Positions 9,450-17,032 of a stretch of 64,000 bases of DNA are shown piece by piece. The DNA is from Collinsella sp. (GTDB lineage Bacteria; Actinomycetota; Coriobacteriia; Coriobacteriales; Coriobacteriaceae), in NCBI GenBank assembly GCA_046976245.1, contig JBKWEB010000002.1, forward strand, positions 49,522 through 113,521, read 5' to 3'. The first letter of the stretch is position 1; each line of letters starts with the position of its first letter. The position numbers were made by a program, and so were the translations under genes. Under the pieces are notes generated by a model. That model was not told where the DNA came from, did not search any database, and was given only the letters and a program-made list of their open reading frames with translations.

Positions 9450-10463
9450 TTACGCCATCGGGACGCGGTCGTGGTTGACTTGGCTGTAGAACAGGCTCTG
9501 GATTTCGGCGGCATCGCGTGACTGGCCGAGTGCCCACATGGTCTTGGCTACGAGCGTCTCGGTGGTCATGTCGTCGCCGCGCAAAATACCCGGATGATCG
9601 GCGTAGGCACGACCGACCTCATAAACACCCAAGTCAAGGCCCTCTTCGGGGACCTGCGTGGTCATAACGACGGTGCGGCCCGAATCGACCCAGCGGAAAA
9701 TCGCCTCCTGGAACGACTCGCCCGACTCGCCAAACTCGGGAATACCGCCAATGCCAAAGGTCTCAAGAATTACAGCATCGTAGCTATCGGCTAGGGCGTC
9801 CAGGATACCCGGGTTCACTCCGGGCGTCAGCTTAAGGACAAATACGCGCGGGTCGATACTGTCGTAGAAACGCACCGGGTTTTCGCCCTGATGCGTGCCG
9901 TGAAGCCCGTTGCGCACGATGCGGTCGTTGCGGATATAGGCGATGGGCGGATAGTTGACGCTAATGAACGCGTTAAAGCTCATGGTGCGCTGTTTGCGGG
10001 CGCGCGTGCCGGCAATGGCAACGCCGCCAAAAACGATCGACACATCGTGCGAATGCTCGTCGAGCGCATAGAGCAGGCTCTGGTACAGGTTGAGTTTGGC
10101 GTCAGTAAAGGGGTTGCCCATTGGCTTTTGCGAGCCGGTGAGCACGATGGGCTTGGGGCTGTCCTGGATCAGGTAGGAAAGCGCCGCCGCGGTGTAGCTC
10201 ATGGTGTCGGTGCCGTGCAGGACCACAAAGCCGTCGTGGTCGGCATAACCCTCGACGATGACGTCGCGGATACGCATCCAGTCGCTCGGGCGCATATTGG
10301 TGCTGTCGATGTTCATGGGCTGCACGACGTCGAGCTCGCAGAGGCCCGAGATCTCGGGGACGCTCTGGGCGAGTTCCTCACCGGTCAGGGCGGGGGAGAG
10401 GCCGTTGCCGTCCTCGGTCGATGCGATGGTGCCACCCGTGGCGATGAGAAGGATGCGCTTCAT
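9450..10463 (-). CDS. ansA: L-asparaginase, type I
   Basis: Start MKRILLIATGGTIAS at 10463. HGTDTM and LTGSQ motifs. Confidence 0.85.
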   Translation of the reverse strand: MKRILLIATGGTIASTEDGNGLSPALTGEELAQSVPEISGLCELDVVQPMNIDSTNMRPSDWMRIRDVIVEGYADHDGFVVLHGTDTMSYTAAALSYLIQDSPKPIVLTGSQKPMGNPFTDAKLNLYQSLLYALDEHSHDVSIVFGGVAIAGTRARKQRTMSFNAFISVNYPPIAYIRNDRIVRNGLHGTHQGENPVRFYDSIDPRVFVLKLTPGVNPGILDALADSYDAVILETFGIGGIPEFGESGESFQEAIFRWVDSGRTVVMTTQVPEEGLDLGVYEVGRAYADHPGILRGDDMTTETLVAKTMWALGQSRDAAEIQSLFYSQVNHDRVPMA

Positions 10464-10731
10464 GCTGGTATTCCTATCGTGTTTGCCGCCCCAGAGGCGG
10501 AGTCGTTCGGCAGTATTGTGGCACAGGGCGTCCAATGTTCAAACGTATTACATCATCTGTAACGTTTGGTAACACTTCAATTGCCGTCAAATAGGGGCCC
10601 AGGTCGTGCGTTTGCCGTGCGCTGATGGCTGCGAGGGACGAGAAACCCCATATAACGTGTACACTATGGAGGTTATTTTCGTTCATTCACGCGGGTGGGC
10701 ACCGGCTCCCCGCCAACAAGAGGGGGAAACC

Positions 10732-12330
10732 ATGGATCAAAAGGCTTCCGCAAAGGTCCTCGTACTCGACTTTGGTGCGCAGTACGGTCAGCTCATTGCC
10801 CGTCGCGTCCGCGACCTCAACGTGTATTCCGAGATTGTCCCCTGCGACATCTCGGCCGACGAGATTCGCGAGATGAACGCCTCTGCGCTCATCCTTTCCG
10901 GCGGCCCGGCTTCTGTGTATGCCGAGGACGCTCCGTCCATCGATCCTGCCATCTTTGACCTGGGCCTTCCCGTCCTGGGCTTTTGCTACGGCCATCAGAT
11001 CACGGCCGTGACGCTCGGCGGCAAGGTCGGTCACTCTGAGGTGGGCGAGTACGGCCGCGCCACCATCACGCGCACGGCCGGCGCCAAGCTCTTTAACTCC
11101 ACACCCATGGAGCAGACTGTGTGGATGAGCCATCGCGACGCCGTTTCCGAGGTGCCCGAGGGCTTTACCGTTACCGCCAGCACCGACGTGTGCCCGGTTG
11201 CTGCCATGGAGTGCCCCGAGCGCAAGATCTTCACCACGCAGTTCCACCCCGAGGTCAAGCACTCCGAGTATGGTCAGCAGCTGCTGAGCAACTTCCTGTT
11301 TGAGATCTGCGGCCTGGAGCCCAACTGGAGCATGGACAACCTGGTCGAGACCATGACGGCCGAGTTCCGCGAGAAGGTCGGCAACGACCGCGTGATTCTG
11401 GCCCTGTCCGGCGGCGTCGACTCCTCCGTCGTGGCTGCGCTGGGTGCTCGTGCCGTGGGCAAGCAGATGACCTGCGTGTTCATCAACCACGGTCTGCTGC
11501 GCAAGGGCGAGCCCGAGCAGGTGGAGGAGGTCTTCACCAAGCAGTTTGACGTCGACTTTATCCACGTTCACGCCGAGGACCGTTATGCCGAGCTTTTGGC
11601 CGGCGTGACCGAGCCCGAGGAGAAGCGCCGCATCATCGGTACGCAGTTCTGGAAAGAGTTCTTCGCCGTGGCGCAGCAGCTCGAGACCGATGGCAAGCCG
11701 GTCAAGTACCTGGCTCAGGGCACCATCTACCCCGACATCATCGAGTCTGGCGCTCGCAAGACGGGCGGCAAGACGGCCACCATCAAGAGCCATCACAACC
11801 TGATCCCGTTCCCCGATGGCGTGCACTTCGACCTTATTGAGCCGCTCGACCACTTCTTTAAGGACGAGGTCCGCGCGCTTGGTCTGGCGCTTGGCCTGCC
11901 GGGTCACATCGTGTTCCGTCAGCCTTTCCCGGGCCCGGGTCTGGCCATCCGCGTCATCGGCGCGGTCGACAAGGAGAAACTCGAGATCCTTAAGAACGCC
12001 GACGCTATCGTGCGCGAGGAGCTTGACGCCTACAACCAGCGTCTGTTTGAGCAGACCGGCGAGCGCAACTCCGAGCACAGCTGCTGGCAGTACTTTGCGG
12101 TTCTGCCCGACATTAAGTCCGTCGGCGTTATGGGCGACGAGCGCACCTACCAGCGCCCGATCATCCTGCGTGCCGTCGAGTCCAGCGATGCCATGACCGC
12201 CGACTGGGCCAAGCTGCCCTACGACGTACTTGCCCGCATCTCCGGCCGCATCGTTGCCGAGGTTCCCGGCGCCAACCGCGTGTGCTACGACATCACGTCT
12301 AAGCCGCCGGCGACGATCGAGTGGGAATAG
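10732..12330 (+). CDS. guaA: glutamine-hydrolysing GMP synthase
   Basis: MDQKASAKVLVLDFGAQYGQLIARRVR, GFCYGHQ (GATase), SGGVDSSV (PP-loop), C-terminal KPPATIEWE. Confidence 0.95.
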   Translation: MDQKASAKVLVLDFGAQYGQLIARRVRDLNVYSEIVPCDISADEIREMNASALILSGGPASVYAEDAPSIDPAIFDLGLPVLGFCYGHQITAVTLGGKVGHSEVGEYGRATITRTAGAKLFNSTPMEQTVWMSHRDAVSEVPEGFTVTASTDVCPVAAMECPERKIFTTQFHPEVKHSEYGQQLLSNFLFEICGLEPNWSMDNLVETMTAEFREKVGNDRVILALSGGVDSSVVAALGARAVGKQMTCVFINHGLLRKGEPEQVEEVFTKQFDVDFIHVHAEDRYAELLAGVTEPEEKRRIIGTQFWKEFFAVAQQLETDGKPVKYLAQGTIYPDIIESGARKTGGKTATIKSHHNLIPFPDGVHFDLIEPLDHFFKDEVRALGLALGLPGHIVFRQPFPGPGLAIRVIGAVDKEKLEILKNADAIVREELDAYNQRLFEQTGERNSEHSCWQYFAVLPDIKSVGVMGDERTYQRPIILRAVESSDAMTADWAKLPYDVLARISGRIVAEVPGANRVCYDITSKPPATIEWE

Positions 12331-12340
12331 TAAATTCCTT

Positions 12341-12389
12341 AGTTATGGGGGTATTAATTTGATTCCCTTTAGGATACACCCCCATAACT
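12341..12389. repeat. hairpin repeat, copy 1 (AGTTATGGGGGT ... ACCCCCATAACT), 10 nt after the guaA stop
   Basis: Perfect 12-bp arms with a 25-nt AT-rich loop. The 13-mer CACCCCCATAACT recurs at 15114-15126. Confidence 0.7.
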
Positions 12390-12655
12390 ATATGAATTGA
12401 CCTGCTGACTCCAATGAAGATCGGAGGGTAACTGCCAGGGGTGCCGGCCCAGCGAGTGTTATTTTGCGAGCTATGCGCATTGAAAGCGACCTTTCGTGGT
12501 ATAAACTACTTGCCGGAAGCCGCGGCTTTCAGAGTACGGCTTACGTGTACGTTTAACCTCCGTGGGCGACGGGGTGCCGCAAGGCGTAGAATATCGCCCA
12601 CCTGTAGGGGCCTGCAGCGATGCGGGCCCCGCTTCGTATGAAGGGGGCGTAACCG

Positions 12656-13105
12656 ATGAAGATCGTATCCATCTCCCAGGACTTCTTCGACCTCGTCGAT
12701 GGCGACCGTGAGCTCATGCTTAAGCACAATCGCCCCTGCATCGTGGTGGTGAGGCTGCGTTTCCGCGGAAAGCGCAGGGACTTCGCCGTGCCGCTGCGTT
12801 CCAACATCGCCCCCAACGTGCCCAAAGACCAATACTTTGCACTGCCACCCCGCCCCACGACGCGCCCCGGCTGCCGCCACGGCATCCACTACATCAAGAT
12901 GTTCCCCATAACCAAGGCCTACCAGCGCCGCTTTAGGACCGAGGGCTCGGCCTACTACGAGACGCTCCAGCGCATCATCGACAGCAACACCAAGCGCATT
13001 GTCTCCGAGTGCCAGGCATACCTCGACCGCTACGAGCGCGAGGGAAGGCCTCGCTTTGCCGTCGACATCGACCGCATCGTGGGGCTGCTGGAGGGCGAGA
13101 AGTAG
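12656..13105 (+). CDS. ToxN/AbiQ-like protein (type III toxin-antitoxin toxin-like endoribonuclease fold), tentative
   Basis: 149 aa. Block order resembles ToxN/AbiQ: N-terminal MKIVSISQDFFDLV, then NRPCIVVVRL...DFAVPLRSN, then GIHYIKMFPI, then a helical C-terminal YYETLQRIIDSNTKRIVSECQAYL. GAAGGGGG RBS. Assignment is by remembered alignment only. Confidence 0.45.
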   Translation: MKIVSISQDFFDLVDGDRELMLKHNRPCIVVVRLRFRGKRRDFAVPLRSNIAPNVPKDQYFALPPRPTTRPGCRHGIHYIKMFPITKAYQRRFRTEGSAYYETLQRIIDSNTKRIVSECQAYLDRYEREGRPRFAVDIDRIVGLLEGEK

Positions 13106-13313
13106 GGCACCTCGGCTCAGTCTCGAGCCATGCGGAGTCGCTCAGCATTTTTGAACGCCGAGTGTGCGTCCCAAATACTTGAGAAACAAGCTGTGAAGTG
13201 CGGTGACGCGCCCGTGCCCGTGCATAGCCGTCACCGTTAGCGTCTACGCGGCGTCGGCTTCAAGTGGAATTGACGCCGCTGCTGTATATGGTTTGCCTTG
13301 CTGCAACTGGCGA

Positions 13314-13805
13314 TCAATGCCCGCGATGCTTCTGTTTGCGCTTCAGTTTTCTCTGCTCGTAGCGCGCATCAGCCTCATCCGCGCGGCGTCGGCTTCTTGC
13401 ATGAGCTGACTCCTGCTTCATCGCTTCTCTCTGTGCCGCGAGCGCCTGCTGCGCCTTGGTGCTCATCGCTGGCCGCTTGAGGGTTTTCGCCGCCTCGCGA
13501 ACGCGTCGCTTGGGGTTCTTTGCGGGCTTGCTTACCTCAGCCGGTTCGCCACCGAAGAATGAGAACTTCTCCCATTTGCTTGTAACGAATCGCAGAATCT
13601 CCTCATCGGACGGCTCCGCGCCGAAGACGATGCGGGCGACGCCATACCTTCCGCCCTCGACGTGCTCCGCCAGCCCGACCCAGAATTGACCGTCGTGATA
13701 TGACGATGAGCAGCAAGTCGCTGATAGCCGCCCTGCGAAGCTAGTTGCCTTGTTCGCAGCCGGGCCGCAGGCCGCACCTACGCTCGAGCTCTGCCACGAG
13801 GGCAT
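13314..13805 (-). CDS. YjdF/DUF2992 family protein (with atypical N-terminal extension)
   Basis: YHDGQFWVGLAE...IVFGAEPSDEEILRFV plus a basic C-terminal tail ending KRKQKHRGH closely mirrors B. subtilis YjdF. The only in-frame starts (13805, 13781) lie inside the upstream gene. Confidence 0.65.
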   Translation of the reverse strand: MPSWQSSSVGAACGPAANKATSFAGRLSATCCSSSYHDGQFWVGLAEHVEGGRYGVARIVFGAEPSDEEILRFVTSKWEKFSFFGGEPAEVSKPAKNPKRRVREAAKTLKRPAMSTKAQQALAAQREAMKQESAHARSRRRADEADARYEQRKLKRKQKHRGH

Positions 13806-14202
13806 CGTTGTCGGTCACCGAGACGATGGCGTCGCCGTCGTAGGGCGCCTCGATATAGACGCGGTCGAGCGAGTTGGCCGTCCCCGCCCAGAGCGTCCTG
13901 GTGCGCCGGACGCCCCGCACGTGGGCGTAGGGTATCACCGAACGCATCCCAGCGTACACGACGACGAGGCGGTCGCCGTAGAGCTCGAGGCGGTTGCTGC
14001 GGACGGGAAGGGCGGCCAGGGCCACGAGGGCCGGGACGGGCAGCAGCGCGAACCAGCCCCATAGGAGCGCGGGACTCGAGCTCAGGAAACACGCGATACA
14101 CGCCGCGGATAAACCGCCCGCCACAATCACCATGGCCGCTATGAACCACGGGTCTGTCCTGCCGGGGAACACCCGCTCCGGCCGCTCGTCCTTCTCACCC
14201 AT
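13741..14202 (-). CDS. membrane-anchored PH-domain (bPH-like) protein
   Basis: 153 aa. Two N-terminal TM segments, then NRLELYGDRLVVVYAGMRSVIPYAHVRGV...SLDRVYIE, typical of bacterial PH domains. GGGAGGGAGG RBS. Confidence 0.55.
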   Translation of the reverse strand: MGEKDERPERVFPGRTDPWFIAAMVIVAGGLSAACIACFLSSSPALLWGWFALLPVPALVALAALPVRSNRLELYGDRLVVVYAGMRSVIPYAHVRGVRRTRTLWAGTANSLDRVYIEAPYDGDAIVSVTDNDALVAELERRCGLRPGCEQGN

Positions 14203-14593
14203 TACGGCCTCCCTCCCGACGCCCTCCCTAGCGGAGCGTGGGGCCGGAGAGTGCCTTGAACCCGTCGCCGACCATCTCGCCCCCCGTTCCGTGGGCCTTC
14301 TGTAGTGGTGTGTACCCCCGACTGTTCGACGGATGTCGTACGATTGAACGTTTTTCGAACTTTTTTAAGATGGGTGCGGCAGGATCGAGCAGATTGTTCG
14401 CGCGAGAGGCTCCCCGCCGCCGCGCCCGGTCTCGGGTTCGATGCATCGACATCCGTCTCAGGTGGTGTCTCCGCTGCGCGACATTGCAGGGGGCAAAGCC
14501 GAGATGCCATGGGGCGCGCCGAGGCTTTGCCCGCGGGGCGAAGATTCTAGGGGTCCGACGTGGCCTGGAGGGGAGACGGACATCCAAGCGCTT

Positions 14594-15060
14594 ATGACTG
14601 AGGAGCTGGCCGAGTGCCTGCCGCCACTGTACGCGACCGAGGGAGGGGCACTCGCCCTCGACCTCACAAACCCGGAAGGCGAGGACCACCTTGACCTCTG
14701 GTGCTCGCTTACCATCAACCTTTCGGGTGACCCCTTCGCCTCCACGTCGCGCATTCACACTTGTGCCCGGCATCATGGACATGGGCGTCGCCAAGTCGGC
14801 CGACGGGGCGCAAGCCCCTGTTGACTCAACGTTCGACGAGATAAACCGCATGTTCTCAAAGCTCGGCTTTATCGATTACAATTCACGCCTCGCGCAAGGG
14901 CCGTTCTACTCCCCAAACCTAATCTGCCTGTCGCACGCATCGAGGCGACGGGGCGGCGCCTTCTCGCGTGAGTCAATTCCTGTTTTACTGGTGCGGATCC
15001 CAACATGCCCTTATGCATGGTGCCCTGCCGCTTTCGAAACTTCAAAACCATTCGATTTTC
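14594..15060 (+). pseudogene. frameshifted remnant of an accessory (mobile-element-type) ORF
   Basis: Protein-like stretches in two frames: MTEELAECLPPLYATEGGALALDLTNPEGEDHLDLWCSLTINLSGDP, then GIMDMGVAKSADGAQAPVDSTFDEINRMFSKLGFIDYN. No intact ORF. The surrounding ORFs are Arg-rich shadows. Confidence 0.25.
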
Positions 15061-15077
15061 GAAACTGAGTGGGAATA

Positions 15078-15126
15078 AGTTATCGGTACGCTTTTTTATA
15101 AAATGTAAAAAAGCACCCCCATAACT
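15078..15126. repeat. hairpin repeat, copy 2 (degenerate left arm AGTTATCGGTACGC, right arm GCACCCCCATAACT)
   Basis: Same right arm as copy 1, in the same orientation, with an AT-rich loop. It ends 6 nt before the truncated ORF at 15133. Confidence 0.6.
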
Positions 15127-15132
15127 GATGAA

Positions 15133-15468
15133 ATGGACGCTGAGAAAAAAGGGGGCGCATCTTGCGTATATACCGACGTGAAGATCTACCTCTATCTTGC
15201 ATCGCGCGGGTATGAGCTTTCTGTGGGCCGTATTGGGAAGCTCGAGTGTGACTTCATCGCTCGTAGGCGCAATGCTTACGCCTACATCCAGGTCTCTATG
15301 TCGATTGCCGACAGAGGCGTCGAGGAGCGCGAGTACAGGCCGTTCGGCCACATCAGGGATGGTTATCCGCGCTACTTGTTCACGCTTGATCCTCTATTGC
15401 AGGAGAGGGACGGCATCAGGCACCTTAACATGGCGTCGTTTATGCAAGATGGCGGTGATTTTATTTGA
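15133..15468 (+). pseudogene. C-terminal fragment of a DUF4143-type AAA+ ATPase (COG1373-like)
   Basis: 111 aa matching only the C-terminal nuclease-like end of such ATPases (YLASRGYELSVGRIGKLECDFIARR...YIQVSMSI...REYRPFGHIRDGYPRYLFTLD). The N-terminal ~300 aa, including the P-loop, are absent. Confidence 0.6.
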
Positions 15469-15704
15469 GCGGCGGCCAGATTCCTTTGCTCCCTAGTGCG
15501 CAAACAGCGCGGGTATCAAATGAGGACCATTGCCTCACGTAGAATCGATAGATTGAAAACTTGTTTTGATGTTGACAGGCTTTTGGCCAGTGGCTCCTAT
15601 TGTCGAGTGGGAGTAGCTGAAACGAGGCGATTGAATAACTCCATACGTTTTGGTTAAAACAAAAAATATGCCGCGCGCCTGCGGCATGAAGGAGGGAGAT
15701 TTCT

Positions 15705-16235
15705 ATGAATATCGTTGTATTGAGCGGCAGCCCGCGCAAGGGCGCCAATACCGACACCATGGTCGAGGCGTTTGCCGAGACCGCGCGCGAGGGCGGCAAT
15801 ACGGTCGAGGTCATCCGCGTTGCCGGCAAAAAGATCGCCGGCTGCCTGGGATGCCGGTACTGCTTTGCCCATGAGGGCACCTGCGTGCAAAAGGACGACA
15901 TGGCCGGCGTGATCGAGTCGCTGAAAGACGCCGACATGGTTGTCTTCGCTTCGCCCATCTATTGGTTTGATATCGCTGCGCAGGAGAAAGCTGCCATTGA
16001 CCGCCTGTACGCCTTCGGTGCTACGGGCTTCCCGTTCACCAAGACGGCCCTTTTACTCGATAGTCACAGTGAGGGCGTCTATGATGCGGCGATCGCTATG
16101 TACAAGTCAACCTGCGCGTACTGCAAGTGGGAGGACCTGGGCATTGTCACCATCAGCGGTATGACCGAGCGCGATAGCATGGCATCGTCGCCCAAGTTGG
16201 AAGAGGTGCGAGAGCTCGCTCGCAAGCTCGCCTAA
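15705..16235 (+). CDS. flavodoxin-like NAD(P)H-dependent FMN reductase family protein
   Basis: MNIVVLSGSPRKGANTDTM..., ASPIYWFDIAAQ; GAAGGAGGGAG RBS. Confidence 0.75.
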   Translation: MNIVVLSGSPRKGANTDTMVEAFAETAREGGNTVEVIRVAGKKIAGCLGCRYCFAHEGTCVQKDDMAGVIESLKDADMVVFASPIYWFDIAAQEKAAIDRLYAFGATGFPFTKTALLLDSHSEGVYDAAIAMYKSTCAYCKWEDLGIVTISGMTERDSMASSPKLEEVRELARKLA

Positions 16236-16344
16236 GGGCAAGAAGAACGCATGGCAATCGGTGTTGGTGGAAAATGCTTGCTATCCTTACCAAGAGGAAT
16301 GCTGATTGCCATGCGTTGATGCTTCCGCGGACAATTCCGGCGTG

Positions 16345-16800
16345 CTAAAACGCCTTCTCGTTCAAGAATTCCCTGAACGCGGGAATGTCAAAGCCAACGA
16401 GACCACGCCCGCGCTCTCCAATGACGCCGTCCTCCAGGAGGCGGCGTTTGTATTGGCTTGCGTAGTTGCTGGCGACGCCCATGCGTTTGGCTATCTCCGA
16501 GACCCTGCTGGGGCCAGAATCGGGCAGCATCGCGAGCAAAAACTCAATGTCTTTATCGGAAAGCTCCCGATAGGTCGTTTCGAGAGAAGCCCGACGTCAT
16601 GCTTCTCGAGTTGCCTGAAGACGCCATTCATGCCCGTGCGCCAGTTACCCTGAGTCTCCTGAGCATATGTCCAATCGATGCCGACTGGCTCAATCTGAAC
16701 GCCGCTTATGCACGCGCGAGACTATGAGAGGCGGCTATCTGCCGCTTCTTTGGTTCGCTCGATAATATCTTCGAGCATGCCTGGCATGGCGGAGACATTT
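16345..16800 (-). pseudogene. remnant of an ATP-binding protein with C-terminal winged-helix domain
   Basis: The 64-aa ORF (LPDSGPSRVSEIAKRMGVASNYASQYKRRLLEDGVIGERGRGLVGFDIPAFREFL) is only the wHTH tail. Upstream protein-like text (ETTYRELSDKDIEFLLAML; GIDWTYAQETQGNWRTGMNGVFRQLEKH) is split over frames by stops. Confidence 0.45.
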
Positions 16801-16821
16801 GCTGCGATCCATGGTGGCCCC

Positions 16822-16877
16822 TTTGCAGGTTTTGCTAGTTTTTGCAACTTTTGCTAATTTTTGCAAGTTTTGCTAAC
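16822..16877. repeat. phased TTTGC(A/T)A array, seen as a 19-bp tandem repeat of about 2.8 copies
   Basis: TTTGC starts at 16822, 16831, 16841, 16850, 16860 and 16869 (spacing 9/10/9/10/9). Units alternate TTTTGCTA and TTTTTGCAA. Confidence 0.8.
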
Positions 16878-16954
16878 GGATTAACATGCCTTGTGCCGTG
16901 GGATTGCAGGAGTGGAAAACGGGGATTCCTATTATTCCGACTACGTTGCAACGA

Positions 16955-16995
16955 GCGGGTCCCGGAGCGCGATGTTGCTGCGCTCCGGGCCCCGC
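16955..16995 (-). terminator. GC-rich hairpin downstream of the parC-like gene (terminator candidate, no clear U-tract)
   Basis: GCGGGTCCCGGAGCGC / GCGCTCCGGGCCCCGC arms with a 9-nt loop, 38 nt beyond the stop at 17033. Confidence 0.45.
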
Positions 16996-17032
16996 TGCTT
17001 TGTACAACCATGACGGTTTGGCCACCGTTGTT

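Noticed and set aside
10536-10731. Possible purine or other riboswitch in the guaA leader, and a palindrome-like AAACGTATTAC...GTAACGTTT (10541-10567) reminiscent of the 8857-8880 operator
   Set aside because: No match to the purine-riboswitch conserved loops (UAUAAU...CCGUAAAU-type core) by eye. The similarity between the two palindromes is limited to the AAACGT/ACGTTT ends, and the arms are imperfect.
14420-14445. tRNA-like GGGTTCGAT T-loop motif
   Set aside because: The flanking bases cannot form a T-stem or acceptor stem, and no cloverleaf can be drawn. No tRNA or rRNA genes were recognised anywhere in the window.
14228-14851. 207-aa minus-strand ORF (and neighbouring 100-130-aa ORFs) in the 14.2-15.1 kb gap
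   Set aside because: Extremely Arg-rich with no RBS or motif. The region reads better as decayed, non-coding remnants.
16822-16877. Whether the repeat array is a CRISPR
   Set aside because: The units are 9-10/19 bp and contiguous, with no unique spacers, and there are no cas genes in the window.
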